DNA of 64,000 bases, taken from NCBI GenBank assembly GCA_002245135.1, contig NGBS01000036.1, positions 1 through 64,000 on the forward strand, given 5' to 3'. A program made the translations under genes and the position numbers. This stretch comes from Proteromonas lacertae. Its lineage: Eukaryota. Position 1 is the stretch's first letter, and each line of letters starts with the position of its first letter. This document shows, piece by piece, positions 11,011-24,676 of this stretch. The notes beneath the pieces were generated by a model. The model was not told the origin of the DNA. It ran no database searches and saw only the letters and a list, made by a program, of their open reading frames with translations.

Positions 11011-11590
11011 GATGGTCGAAATAGTGGCTTAACTGCTCCAAATGGCCTAGCCCATCAGAAAGTGATAATAGTCCATTATATGTTGGGGTTGTAAAGACAA
11101 ATATTGCACATTTAGAATCAGCTTCAGGTATTGTAAGTTTGATTAAATCAATATTTATGTTAGAGAATAAGAAAATCATCACTTCAACTTGCATGATTTA
11201 AAGATAGCTATTCCAACAAAACATTTACCATTACCAGATAATAAATATTGTATTGGTATTGGTGTAAGTTCATTTGGATTTAGTGGAACAAATACCTATG
11301 TTATATTAGAGAACTATATGAAACTCAACCAATATTTGAAGAAAATATGGATGAATGTAATAAGATATTATCCTCCTATTCATCTCCAAATGTATTAGAA
11401 CTATACACTCAACCCTGTTTATTCAGTATCGAATATAGTTTATATAAGATGTGGTTAAGTGTCGGAATCGAAACCTCGTGTGTATTCATAGTATAGGTGA
11501 ATATGTAGCTGGAGACGTAAGTGGAATAATGAGTTTAGAAGATGGATTGAAATTAATAGCAACAAGAGGTAAATTGATGAATAGTTGAGA
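11011..11590 (+). pseudogene. Decayed type I polyketide synthase fragments (KS and AT domains)
   Basis: DGRNSGLTAPNG, VGVVKTNIAHLESASG, GVSSFGFSGTN, YTQPCLF and HSIGEYVAG...SLEDGLKLIATRGKLM in colinear order, with deletions and frameshifts. Confidence 0.85.
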
Positions 11591-14500
11591 ACATAATAAA
11601 GGAGGAATATTCAAATAAATATAATGATATAGAGATTAGATGTTATAATGGTCAAAAACTGAATGTAGTAGGGGTTTAATAAGTGAGTTGAAAAATTAGA
11701 GAATGAATTAAGGAAGTAGAAATAATATTTAATTCACTATCTATGATAAAAACGTGATAATGTAAAAGCATTAAAACAAAATAACTGCTATTCGTAAGGA
11801 AATATATATCTCTATCTTTGTACAGATTAATCATTTCATCTATAGAATTAAAGTCTGTTATTTCTTTTATAGTAAAAAACTTGTCAACAAATCTGCTATA
11901 ATCTATACAGCCGTTTTCAACTATCAAAATATTAATGATCTTATTTATTTTAAAAACTTGAGAAAAGTTAGAGTTCTTATACATTTAGCCAATATATTTG
12001 TTTTAAAAATAAAATCTAACTTTTGTTTGAGAAAAGATCAAGCCAATGATCTAATTTTTAATTTTAAAAACGTATTTAGCTTTTTTAAATCCAACAGCTA
12101 AGACTATTGAAAAGATAAAAGCTTTAGTCAGTCAATATAAGTGTAGAAATTGGTATTCAAGGCGTTTTGAAAACTAATCTTGGTATTATTTACGTATTAT
12201 GGAATACATGTAGGTCCAAAGTGAACGATTATGATATTAACTAGAAGTATACTTTAATTAAATTATGTATTTGATTAGGATTGGAGGATTATAGTTGTAT
12301 TATCTATATAAAATGTATATTATTATTATTATTATATAGGTAAAATGGATTTATTTTAGTAAAGATTAATTAATTTTCATATTTTAGATAAATTGTATTT
12401 ATTTATATGTCTAATTGTGTTTATTCTCACGATGCTAATGGTATGCAGCTATATAAGCTGAATATAAAAGAATTGACTGTATCTCTCTAATTAGAGGGAT
12501 TTAGCTTAAAATAACACTATTTTATTACTCAGTTATACAAAATTGTTTGAATAAGCACATGAAATCACTAATTACATAAGATTACATGCGAAAAATAAAT
12601 CACGCTTATTCTTACCAAGACATACATCAAACTTTAGGGATCTTTTGTTTTGGGTGTCCACTCAAAATTTGGACACCCTATTTCTAGAGGTGTTTCAACC
12701 TCAATACTCATATTTATCTTACTATTATCATAAAACTAAGCGTTTCTGAACTTATCTTTGTATTTCGTTAACTTTCAAGTCACACATTATGACATTATTT
12801 TTAAAATTTGAGCACCTCATGGTCCAGACTATAGAGCATAATAACTGCATCTTGGATCTCTAATTTTTATTTATATATTATGCTTATTGAATGAGAGTGC
12901 TCAAAAAATAACAAGAATCGACACAAACATAAGTTTGATCATTTTTTCAATTTTTATTTTTTGAGCACCTGCCTCCTATAGGAAGTAAGGGCTCAATATA
13001 ATAATATATTATGTGTATATGATGATTATTAAACTTATTTATTTAATTATATTAATCAAATTTTCGTAATCTAGCTATTTACTTAATTATTTATAATTGA
13101 TTTATATGCATAATAAAATAATACACATATGTAACACATAATATTTATATATACCTATTTATACTTTTATCAAACATATTTGTAAATATTTCTAATTATA
13201 AACATACAAAACACTAACAGATGTATATTTATTTGTTACTCAATGATAATTTAACCTTTGTCTTAAAAATCAAATCAAAAATCCATAATAACATCAATTT
13301 GTCTTTTTTTCTCAGTTTGTATAGCTTCTACTATAGCTAAATTTGCACCTTCTTCTACTATTTTACCTTCTTTACTAATACATCTATAAAACTACCAGTC
13401 ATTGAGACAAGCTAAGAATTTGGAATGATTTACTTCAGGTTTTGGAATCATGCTTTGATAATTTGCTTTCTAAAGCATTTCTTACATCTATAGTGAAGTT
13501 ACCTCCATAACCTTCTACTAATCTTTTCATATATTGTACAGCTACTTCTTTAACTTTGTATTACTTTTAGTTTATTAAATCACCTATTTTAGAAACCTTT
13601 GTATGTTTAAAACAGAGTTAACTTCTACATCACCACATAATCTCAATACTATTTTTATTTCTTTTCTATTCAATAAACAAGTCTCAATTATCACTTTAAC
13701 AAGTACATTGGTCTTATGACATTCCACTACAATAGGAATAATTTCTTTATTTTAATATTTTTAGTCATTTTCTTTTAATGCTACAACAATAACCTTATCT
13801 GAGCTATCAGCGTTATCTTTTATAAATATTTTGGCTTCTTGCAATTTTATCGATGGAGTTGTTACATCTAGTTGTTACTCTCCTCATTTTTACTTTCTTT
13901 CATTATTTTACCATCTATACTATCTGATTTATCTTCAAGTAGATGGAGCTAAAGGTAAACAACTGTTATTATATCTATTGTACCCTATATTATGTAGAAA
14001 ATAAGGAATTACGTGGTTGTTTCAGTTCTTATCACCGAATATGGTTAATATGTTCATAATCATCTCCATTTCTTTTACACAATTCGTAATAAAATACATC
14101 TATTCCTTTAAATAATTGAAAATTATATTCAAGCTTTAGTTTGAAAATTCCATTTATTTTCAAGTTTATTAGGTTATGTCCTATAGATATCAATATAATT
14201 TTCTATATTATATATGTATTTTTACAGTAGGAATAGAATGGGCTCCAATTAATAATACTTCAAGGTGGATTTTAAGAAAAGTGGTTGTGGAATAGCTATC
14301 AATGATAATTTTACTAATTTGTATTTTAGTGTATCTAAGTAGTTTAATGGTATATTTTATTTATATATAAATATCGTTTGCAATAAATAAAGAGAAATCA
14401 GTGTAAGCATAGAATAAATACCTATGAAAGCAATGTGAAAGAATGAATGAATACACCAGAACCAAAAAATTAAGTGGAACTATAGATTATATTGTTTTAG

Positions 14501-14614
14501 TCATCCATTTTCAAGTTATTACTGAATGTGAAACAATAGGAACGATTCTATTCAAATATCAAGTAATAACCATTGAATTGCCATTTGATAAGAGAAATAA
14601 TATTTAGTGTAGCA

Positions 14615-14870
14615 AATCATTAACCCAGATGAAGCTGTTGCTTATGGTGCAACAGTACAAGCTGCTCTTTTAACTGATAAGAAGGAAAATTAAATGAATT
14701 GTTATTGGATTATGCAATAGAAATAGAAAAGTAGTAAGAAATGAATTTATAAATGATACTGATATTGATTAGAAACAACTGGTTGTGTAATGACTGCAAT
14801 TCCAGTTAAGAAATTGAAAGATAGGTTGCTAAAGATGAAAAATTCAAAGCTGAAGAAATTAAAAGATTGA
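14615..14870 (+). pseudogene. Captured HSP70 fragments
   Basis: INPDEAVAYGATVQAALL and EIER*VAKDEKFKAEE. Confidence 0.8.
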
Positions 14871-14879
14871 AATAATAAT

Positions 14880-15507
14880 ATATAAAGTAAGTACATGGAG
14901 CAACAGTAACACCATAGAGTATAAACAATACAATTACAGCTCCAATATTATCAGTATAAGCATCCAGTGTGAATATATACATAAATGAAATACCAAATAT
15001 ACATGGTAATACATAACACAACATATCCCATAAGAATGTAGATGTCCAATAGGCAGATAAACTTACACCACTAATTAGCTGTTGATGTTTTACACTTGTT
15101 TCTCTTTCTCTTACTATAAAAACTGCATAATAGGCTGGTATAAAGGCAACTGATAGTAATAAGATCATTGGAGTACCAAAAGCTCTGATTCCTTGAACAG
15201 CTTTCTCTTCAACATCGGTAAATGGTAAGATCGAACCCCAAACTTTAATAGATGCTTCTGGATTCTTTGTTGTTTGTCTTAAGAAAGCTTCATTCAACAA
15301 GTTCAAACCTATAGATGAACCATGTGTACTGGATGTATTAACGAATATATAAGTTACTGGATAAGGAGAATCATGATCTAATACTCTAGCAGCTGCTAAA
15401 TAAGTAGTTGATTCATGTGCAATGTAATTATCTAATAAATATCTCATCATACCAAATAAAGGAGCAGCAAATTCTCTATCTTTAGCTAAATAATAACAAT
15501 ATCTCAC
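14880..15507 (-). pseudogene. Captured ABCA-family transporter transmembrane fragment
   Basis: FIVRERETSVKHQQLISGVSLSAYWTSTFLWD signature; no ATP-binding domain; lies in the centre of the foldback element. Confidence 0.85.
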
Positions 15508-16789
15508 TTTAGCTATTCTAGACTGGTGAAAGAGTAAAGCTTTTAAAATCTTCTATTAAAAATAAATTCATGAAGATGTCATTTACCATATCAGATTTAC
15601 ATAACATATAAAGAAGTAAATATAGAAGAAATATAAAGATGATAGTAAGATAGATATTCATAATTTAGATATCCACTACCCAGACATTCTTTTCGAAAAA
15701 TTGTTGATAATATTGGACATATTCATACTTTTGATAGATTATGTTAAATTTTGTTTGATATAATTTAAAATATTTAAATGCAGCTTATAATAATCAACAT
15801 ATAATTCTTTATGATTATATTAAATTACAATCAAAATCATGTTGTATTTGACTTCATTCACATTTTTGATCAACTTTAGTTATTCTACTTACACTATATC
15901 CAATTCTTCTCATTCGATTAGTTTTAAGCAAATGAATGAGCGAATTTAAATTTTCACAAATATTCTTCGTTTGATGAATGTTTTGTTGGGAATGTTTCAA
16001 CTAACCAACATAATTCAGAGGATTGTCATAAATATGGATTTCTTCCTTTTACGCTATAATTTTTATTATCTGATTCGTCATTCATTCATTCATATTACTT
16101 TCATAGGTACTTATTTCCGCTGATTTCTCTTTATTTATTGCAAACGCTATTTATATATAAATAAAATATACCATTAAACTATTTAAGTGTACTAAAATAT
16201 AAATTAGTAGAATTATCATTGATAGCTATTCCACAACCATTTTTCGTAAAATCCACCTTGAAGTAGTATTAATTGGGGCCTATTCTATTCCTACTGTAAA
16301 AATACATATATAATATAGAAAATTATGTTGATATCTATAGGACATAACCTAATAAACTTGAAAATAAATGGAATTTTCAAACTAAAGCTTGAATAAGATT
16401 TTCAATTATTTAAAGGAATAGATGTATTTTATTACGAATTGTGTAAAAGAAATGGAGATGATTATGAATATACACATAATACACATATTAACCATATTCG
16501 GTGATAAGAACTGAAACAACCACGTAATTCCTTATTTTCTACATAATATAGGGTACAATGGATATAATAACAGTTGTTTACCTTTAGCTCCATCTACTTG
16601 AAGATAAATCAGATAGTATAGATGGTAAAATAATGAAAGAAAGTAAAAATGAGGAGAGTAACAACTAGATGTAACAACTCCATCGATAAAATTGCAAGAA
16701 GCCAAAATATTTATAAAAGATAACGCTGATAGCTCAGATAAGGTTATTGTTGTAGCATTAAAAGAAAATGACTAAAAATATTAAAATAA

Positions 16790-16955
16790 AGAAATTATTC
16801 CTATTGTAGTGGAATGTCATAAGACCAATGTACTTGTTAAAGTGATAATTGAGACTTGCTTATTGAATAGAAAAGAAATAAAAATAGTATTGAGATTATG
16901 TGGTGATGTAGAAGTTAACTCTGTTTTAAACATACAAAGGTTTCTAAAATAGGTG
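16790..16955 (+). pseudogene. Captured deoxyribose-phosphate aldolase fragment (one copy in each of the four TIR arms)
   Basis: EIIPIVVECHKTNVLVKVIIETCLL followed by a degenerate KTxxGF motif. Confidence 0.7.
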
Positions 16956-17124
16956 ATTTAATAAACTAAAAGCTATACAAAGTTAAAGAAGTAGCTGTAC
17001 AATATATGAAAAGATTAGTAGAAGGTTATGGAGGTAACTTCACTATAGATGTAAGAAATGCTTTAGAAAGCAAATTATCAAAGCATGATTCCAAAACCTG
17101 AAGTAAATCATTCCAAATTCTTAG

Positions 17125-17230
17125 CTTGTCTCAATGACTGGTAATTTTATAGATGTATTAGTAAAGAAGGTAAAATAGTAGAAGAAGGTGCAAATTTAGC
17201 TATAGTAGAAGCTATACAAACTGAGAAAAA
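17125..17230 (+). pseudogene. Captured biotinyl/lipoyl-attachment domain fragment (one copy in each of the four TIR arms)
   Basis: SMTGxFIDVLVKEGKIVEEGANLAIVEAIQTE across a frameshift, resembling PMPG...VEAMKME. Confidence 0.65.
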
Positions 17231-18462
17231 AGACAAATTGATGTTATTATGGATTTTTGATTTGATTTTTAAGACAAAGGTTAAATTATCATTGAGTAAC
17301 AAATAAATATACATCTGTTAGTGTTTTGTATGTTTATAATTAGAAATATTTACAAATATGTTTGATAAAAGTATAAATAGGTATATATAAATATTATGTG
17401 TTACATATGTGTATTATTTTATTATGCATAAGCTAGATTACGAAAATTTGATTAATATAATTAAATAAATAAGTTTAATAATCATCATATACACATAATA
17501 TATTATTATATTGAGCCCTTACTTCCTATAGGAGGCAGGTGCTCAAAAAATAAAAATTGAAAAAATGATCAAACTTATGTTTGTGTCGATTCTTGTTATT
17601 TTTTGAGCACTCTCATTCAATAAGCATAATATATAAATAAAAATTGGAGATCCAAGATGCAGTTATTATGCTCTATAGTCTGGACCATGAGGTGCTCAAA
17701 TTTTAAAAATAATGTCATAATGTGTGACTTGAAAGTTAACGAAATACAAAGATAAGTTCAGAAACGCTTAGTTTTATGATAATAGTAAGATAAATATGAG
17801 TATTGAGGTTGAAACACCTCTAGAAATAGGGTGTCCAAATTTTGAGTGGACATCCAAAACACAACATCCCCAAACTTTAATCTACAAAAATCAAACAAAT
17901 CTAAACCACGTTTCATTTCATTTCATTTCCTATTTCAGAAAAACCAGGGACATTAAAGTCAATTTCATAAAAAGTTCAGGGGTTGGTTTTCTGATTTTAT
18001 TTACTTTAACACTCGTTTTCTCGCTCTACAAAAAGAATTAAACTTTAAGATTTTACAGTTGCATTATTTATGGGTATATTTATCAATATGTTTAATATTA
18101 TTGAAAAAGAAACAAATTACCTACATGAGGTAATTTCATAGCTAATGGTTATGATTATCGAGAAAAATCATTTTAAAGTCAAAAAAAACACTAAAAATTC
18201 TTACTGTGTCAATTTTGATATATAATTATGATTATTATATATTATAGAGGAAAAGAAAAACCATGGAGAGTTGAAAACGTAAACAATTCTAATCAATTAT
18301 AGCCAATTAAACTCTCCAATTTTTAATCAACTTTATATATATAATTGAATAAATCATTCTATATATATCATCCGTAAGATTTTCTGTAGAGATGACTACC
18401 CGGCTGGGGTAGAACAGCTCACTAAATCTACAGGTTCACTAAAAATTCATCAAAAACTCTTA

Positions 18463-21400
18463 GGGTTAGGGGTGCCCACTCAAAATTTGGACACCCTATT
18501 TCTAGAGGTGTTTCAACCTCAATACTCATATTTATCTTACTATTATCATAAAACTAAGCGTTTCTGAACTTATCTTTGTATTTCGTTAACTTTCAAGTCA
18601 CACATTATGACATTATTTTTAAAATTTGAGCACCTCATGGTCCAGACTATAGAGCATAATAACTGCATCTTGGATCTCTAATTTTTATTTATATATTATG
18701 CTTATTGAATGAGAGTGCTCAAAAAACTGGGTTCGATAAAGGGCGTCCTTTTCGAATTTTGCCCTATTTTTGCCCCTTTTTTTTCAGCTGAAAAGAAGCC
18801 TGCCCTTACTGCTCGGGCATAGTAATATTAGCATGTGTTATGCTGTAGTATATTTTTTCTGATTTTTTGTTATAACTTTTCCATATTATCATCTAGATAT
18901 ACTAACATATGTTAAAAAGGATATATTATTGTGTATTATAACAAAATAGTCATCTACTTTTCTTATGATTATATAATATCATATGTTTATACATATATAC
19001 TAAATATATAGAATATACATACTGTATATCATATTCTGATATGCATATATATACATTATGTACATTTCAAGGTGATTGAAGTGACTGAACATAAATGTAA
19101 TTTATATAATAAATAATTTTGTATATTACACATATATCATATAGATAATTAAGAAGTATAGCTATAGAATGGGTATTTTCAGTTAATTTATAATCAATAG
19201 TACTTGTTATGATAATAACATAATATATTTCATAAACTAATAGAAAAACTATTTCAAAATTACTATTTAGTATATTTTGCATACTACTTAATGTATTTTG
19301 AAATAGTTTGAGAATTTCGAGCTATCATTTTGAATTTCAATTTTATATGGTAGATACTTTAATGAAGATGTGGTGCTAAAGAAACCCCTTGAAAAATACA
19401 ACAGAATTTGAAACGTCATTACAAAAAGTATAAATATATTTATTATATATATTAAATTTGATTTCCTATCACAATATTATCAGAAGAAGATATATCAGAA
19501 ATTAAAGAATGCTACAAGATTGCAAAATATATTTCCGCAAATATACACTTATTATGCAAAGATTCATCTACATTAAATAATGGTTTCAGAATATTGATCA
19601 AAATTAAAAGAAAGTTAATGAAAAAGAGACTAGACATGCAAACTACAGCATTTTAGCTCTATATGAAATTTTAGACATAAGCAGTAAACATAAATTTTCA
19701 GACATGAAGAAGGATAATATAAAAAGATCTGGTGATGAAGATGAAAGTTTTAGAGGGTATTATTATTATGAAATATTATTGTTTGTTATTGTTATAAGAT
19801 AATAATACACAATTATGAAAAGAATAAAAATATTTATAGCGTTTAATATCCCTAAAATCGCACAAAATATAAAAATTCAAATAAAATAATTGAAAAGGAC
19901 GCCCATTTCAATTTTTGCCTGGGACATGCCCTTTTCCCGCCACTGCCCTGTCCCTTTATTATTCAACCCAGTCAAAAAATAATAAGAATCGACACAAACA
20001 TAAGTTTGATCATTTTTTCAATTTTTATTTTTTGAGCACCTGCCTCCTATAGGAAGTAAGGGCTCAATATAATAATATATTATGTGTATATGATGATTAT
20101 ATCAAACATTTATTTAATTATATTAGTCTAATTTTCGTAATCTAGCTATTTACTTAATTATTTATAATTGATTTATATGCATAATAAAATAATACACATA
20201 TGTAACACATAATATTTATATGTACCTATTTATACTTTTATCAAACATATTTGTAAATATTTCTAATTATAAACATACAAAACACTAATAGATGTATATT
20301 TATTTGTTACTCAATGATAATTTAACCTTTGTCTTAAAAATCAAATCAAAAATCCATAATAACATCAATTTGTCTTTTTTCTCAGTTTGCATAGCTTCTA
20401 CTATAGCTAAATTTGCACCTTCTTCTACTACTTTACCTTCTTTTACTAATACATCTATAAAATTACCAGTCATTGAGACAAGCTAAGAATTTGGAATGAT
20501 TTACTTCAGGTTTTGGAATCATGCTTTGATAATTTGCTTTCTAAAGCATTTCTTACATCTATAGTGAAGTTACCTCCATAACCTTCTACTAATCTTTTCA
20601 TATATTGTACAGCTACTTCTTTAACTTTGTATTACTTTTAGTTTATTAAATCACCTATTTTAGAAACCTTTGTATGTTTAAAACAGAGTTAACTTCTACA
20701 TCACCACATAATCTCAATACTATTTTTATTTCTTTTCTATTCAATAAGCAAGTCTCAATTATCACTTTAACAAGTACATTGGTCTTATGACATTCCACTA
20801 CAATAGGAATAATTTCTTTATTTTAATATTTTTAGTCATTTTCTTTTAATGCTACAACAATAACCTTATCTGAGCTATCAGCGTTATCTTTTATAAATAT
20901 TTTGGCTTCTTGCAATTTTATCGATGGAGTTGTTACATCTAGTTGTTACTCTCCTCATTTTTACTTTCTTTCATTATTTTACCATCTATACTATCTGATT
21001 TATCTTCAAGTAGATGGAGCTAAAGGTAAACAACTGTTATTATATCCATTGTACCCTATATTATGTAGAAAATAAGGAATTACGTGGTTGTTTCAGTTCT
21101 TATCACCGAATATGGTTAATATGTGTATTATGTGTATATTCATAATCATCTCCATTTCTTTTACACAATTCGTAATAAAATACATCTATTCCTTTAAATA
21201 ATTGAAAATCTTATTCAAGCTTTAGTTTGAAAATTCCATTTATTTTCAAGTTTATTAGGTTATGTCCTATAGATATCAACATAATTTTCTATATTATATA
21301 TGTATTTTTACAGTAGGAATAGAATAGGCCCCAATTAATACTACTTCAAGGTGGATTTTACGAAAAATGGTTGTGGAATAGCTATCAATGATAATTCTAC

Positions 21401-23284
21401 TAATTTATATTTTAGTACACTTAAATAGTTTAATGGTATATTTTATTTATATATAAATAGCGTTTGCAATAAATAAAGAGAAATCAGCGGAAATAAGTAC
21501 CTATGAAAGTAATATGAATGAATGAATGACGAATCAGATAATAAAAATTATAGCGTAAAAGGAAGAAATCCATATTTATGACAATCCTCTGAATTATGTT
21601 GGTTAGTTGAAACATTCCCAACAAAACATTCATCAAACGAAGAATATTTGTGAAAATTTAAATTCGCTCATTCATTTGCTTAAAACTAATCGAATGAGAA
21701 GAATTGGATATAGTGTAAGTAGAATAACTAAAGTTGATCAAAAATGTGAATGAAGTCAAATACAACATGATTTTGATTGTAATTTAATATAATCATAAAG
21801 AATTATATGTTGATTATTATAAGCTGCATTTAAATATTTTAAATTATATCAAACAAAATTTAACATAATCCATCAAAAGTATGAAGGAAGTAAATATACT
21901 ATTCGTAAAATGTATTATATGGTGTTAAAACATGGATAATGGGGAAAGAAGAATGGTATAATCCAGTAACATCAACACAATATTACTATGTTGTAGTAAT
22001 GAAGACACCAGAACCAAAAAAAATAAGTGGAACTATAGATTATATTGTTTTAATCATCCATTTTCAAGATATTACTGAAGGTGAAACAATAGGAACAATT
22101 CTATTCAAATATCAAGTAATAACCATTGAATTACCATTTGATAGAGAGATAATATTTAGTGTAGCAAATCAAGATTAACAGATGGTGGTTTAGATAAAAG
22201 TGAAATAAAATTGTAAGAAGCCAAAATATTTATAAAAGATAACGCTGATAGCTCAGATAAGGTTATTGTTGTAGCATTAAAAGAAAATGACTAAAAATAT
22301 TAAAATAAAGAAATTATTCCTATTGTAGTGGAACATCATAAGACCAATATACTTGTTAAAGTGATAATTGAGACTTGCTTATTGAATGGAAAAGAAATAA
22401 AAATAGTATTGAGATTATGTGGTGATGTAGAAGTTAACTCTGTTTTAAACATACAAAGGTTTCTAAAATAGGTGATTTAATAAACTAAAAGCTATACAAA
22501 GTTAAAGAAGTAGCTGTACAATATATGAAAAGATTAGTAGAAGGTTATGGAGGTAACTTCACTATAGATGTAAGAAATGCTTTAGAAAGCAAATTATCAA
22601 AGCATGATTCCAAAACCTGAAGTAAATCATTCCAAATTCTTAGCTTGTCTCAATGACTGGTAGTTTTATAGATGTATTAGTAAAGAAGGTAAAATAGTAG
22701 AAGAAGGTGCAAATTTAGCTATAGTAGAAGCTATACAAACTGAGAAAAAAGACAAATTGATGTTATTATGGATTTTTGATTTGATTTTTAAGACAAAGGT
22801 TAAATTATCATTGAGTAACAAATAAATATACATCTATTAGTGTTTTGTATGTTTATAATTAGAAATATTTACAAATATGTTTGATAAAAGTATAAATAGG
22901 TACATATAAATATTATGTGTTACATATGTGTATTATTTTATTATGCATATAAATCAATTATAAATAATTAAGTAAATAGCTAGATTACGAAAATTAGACT
23001 AATATAATTAAATAAATGTTTGATATAATCATCATATACACATAATATATTATTATATTGAGCCCTTACTTCCTATAGGAGGCAGGTGCTCAAAAAATAA
23101 AAATTGAAAAAATGATCAAACTTATGTTTGTGTCGATTCTTGTTATTTTTTGAGCACTCTCATTCAATAAGCATAATATATAAATAAAAATTGGAGATCC
23201 AAGATGCAGTTATTATGCTCTATAGTCTGGACCATGAGGTGCTCAAATTTTAAAAATAATGTCATAATGTGTGAATTGAAAGTT
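18463..23284. mobile_element. Second copy of the Pack-MULE-like foldback element, right TIR truncated by element 2
   Basis: Near-identical to the arms of 12637-17870 with a rearranged centre; similarity stops at GAAAGTTAA near 23285. Confidence 0.85.
18727..19971. mobile_element. Non-autonomous hAT-like element
   Basis: Termini CTGGGTT...AACCCAG; 8-bp TSD TCAAAAAA at 18719-18726 and 19972-19979; empty site visible in paralogous arms (e.g. 12895-12920). Confidence 0.9.
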
Positions 23285-23485
23285 AATAATAATGAATATT
23301 AGGGTGAAATGGAACACTGTTCTATTTCACCCTATTGTTATTTCACCCTTAGAAACGTTTTCAATGCATAATAAATACATCAATCGATTTCTTTATATGT
23401 GCTGGGCTCATATATGCCCTTAGTTTGACTTTCTGATCATAATCGAAATCTAATTTTCTTAAAAAAATTAAAAAAACAATGATAG

Positions 23486-23945
23486 ATAGGATGGCCGCCA
23501 TACTGTGTGATATGACAACATATAGTGACCATCCTATGCAATAAAAAAAAAAAAAAAAATGGAGTTCAAGTCAAATCTCGAAACGCATCTATTTTTCTAT
23601 TATTGATATTTCTTATAAGACTTGTTATAATGCTAATTAATTATGTAAATTATGAAAACAACACTCACACAAACACAATCTATCATTTGAACCAATTAGG
23701 ACCAGAGATTAATAATCATTTTGGTACTCTGGCTCCTCCTCATCATCATCATCTACTATAAATTGTGAGAAGTTATTATCATCATCTTCCTCTGTAGTAC
23801 TATCTTCTTGTTTTTGGTTTTTGATTGAAATGTTTTTTTGATTTATTTTCTTTCTTTTGAATCTTGGAGTTTTAGATGTACTGCACTTTCTTTTTGTTGA
23901 TACCACCTTTAACAACTTGTTGTTGTCATCTTCATCATCATTATC
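23486..23945 (+). repeat. Left inverted-repeat arm of element 2
   Basis: Reverse complement of about 42785-43253. Confidence 0.9.
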
Positions 23946-24035
23946 ATTATCATCATCACCTTTATCATCTTTAACATCAGTTGACGGCTGTACTTTAATA
24001 TTTGTTTCTGCTTTAGGAGTAATCAATTTATTCAA
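23709..24035 (-). CDS. Acidic/basic protein, chimeric ORF running into the TIR
   Basis: N-terminus shared with 47024-47350, C-terminus shared with 42480-43028. Confidence 0.55.
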   Translation of the reverse strand: MNKLITPKAETNIKVQPSTDVKDDKGDDDNDNDDEDDNNKLLKVVSTKRKCSTSKTPRFKRKKINQKNISIKNQKQEDSTTEEDDDNNFSQFIVDDDDEEEPEYQNDY

Positions 24036-24044
24036 CTTCTACTA

Positions 24045-24605
24045 TTATATATAAATCAAAACATATAGCATATATACCATTTGTTGCATTTGTGACATCT
24101 TGATTTGGTTAATTGGATTACTCATATACTCACCCATTTGCATCCTAGTCTTTGCACTTGCTTGAGCCATTTCATTGTAATTAGGTCTATTCATATTCAC
24201 ATACATGTTAGAACCAAACAAATGCTGATCATCAATCTCTCTTAAACTATTAGCAAGTGGTATAGCCATTGCATTACCTTCATGTAATGATGTGGATAAC
24301 ATAGAATCGATTGCATTCTGTCTCTCTAAAAATTTTTGCTCATCATTCAATTTACGAATATCACTTTCATTAGGAGGATTGTCTTTAGAATTCAACTTAG
24401 TAATCTCATCTTTTATTTCATTTAAACGACTGTTTCTCATATCCACTAAATCTTTCGCATTCTCTCTATAAAAATTATTATATAAACTCTGATAATATTT
24501 GTCATGTCCATTATATCCTTCACCTCTCCGTATCTTCTTCCTTTTGCCTTTGCCTCTCATCCGAGCAAACACAGCAAGTAGTATTTTCTTATTTAGTTTT
24601 TTCAT
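24045..24605 (-). CDS. Putative virion core protein (basic N-terminus, GxG motifs)
   Basis: MRGKGKRKKIRRGEG; paralog at 46453-47014. Confidence 0.6.
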   Translation of the reverse strand: MKKLNKKILLAVFARMRGKGKRKKIRRGEGYNGHDKYYQSLYNNFYRENAKDLVDMRNSRLNEIKDEITKLNSKDNPPNESDIRKLNDEQKFLERQNAIDSMLSTSLHEGNAMAIPLANSLREIDDQHLFGSNMYVNMNRPNYNEMAQASAKTRMQMGEYMSNPINQIKMSQMQQMVYMLYVLIYI

Positions 24606-24676
24606 AATAACTTAATAGAAAATAAAAAGAAACAATTTAATTATAATAATAATGTGTAATATAAGTATTATTAATA

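Larger units (their letters stand above)
12637..17870. mobile_element. Pack-MULE-like foldback element, non-autonomous, about 1.8 kb TIRs
   Basis: Termini GGGAT...ATCCC; 9-bp TSD CAAACTTTA at 12628-12636 and 17871-17879; 12637-14400 is the reverse complement of about 16120-17870. Confidence 0.9.

Noticed and set aside
14806..15507. Functional ABCA transporter gene
   Set aside because: Only a transmembrane fragment inside a foldback element; the end of the ORF is antisense HSP70 sequence
1730..18420. Recurring CTACCC..GGG(G/A)TAGAAC mini-hairpin near 1730, 9740 and 18400 as Helitron ends
   Set aside because: Short and imperfect, no CTRR 3' end or matching 5' TC boundary identified, and the first copy lies in a probable coding frame
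18461..18472. TTAGGG telomeric repeat (TTAGGGTTAGGG)
   Set aside because: Only two units, at a transposon end; insufficient evidence
19300..19760. Transposase remnant in the 1.2 kb hAT-like element
   Set aside because: Coding-like composition but no motif I can identify with confidence
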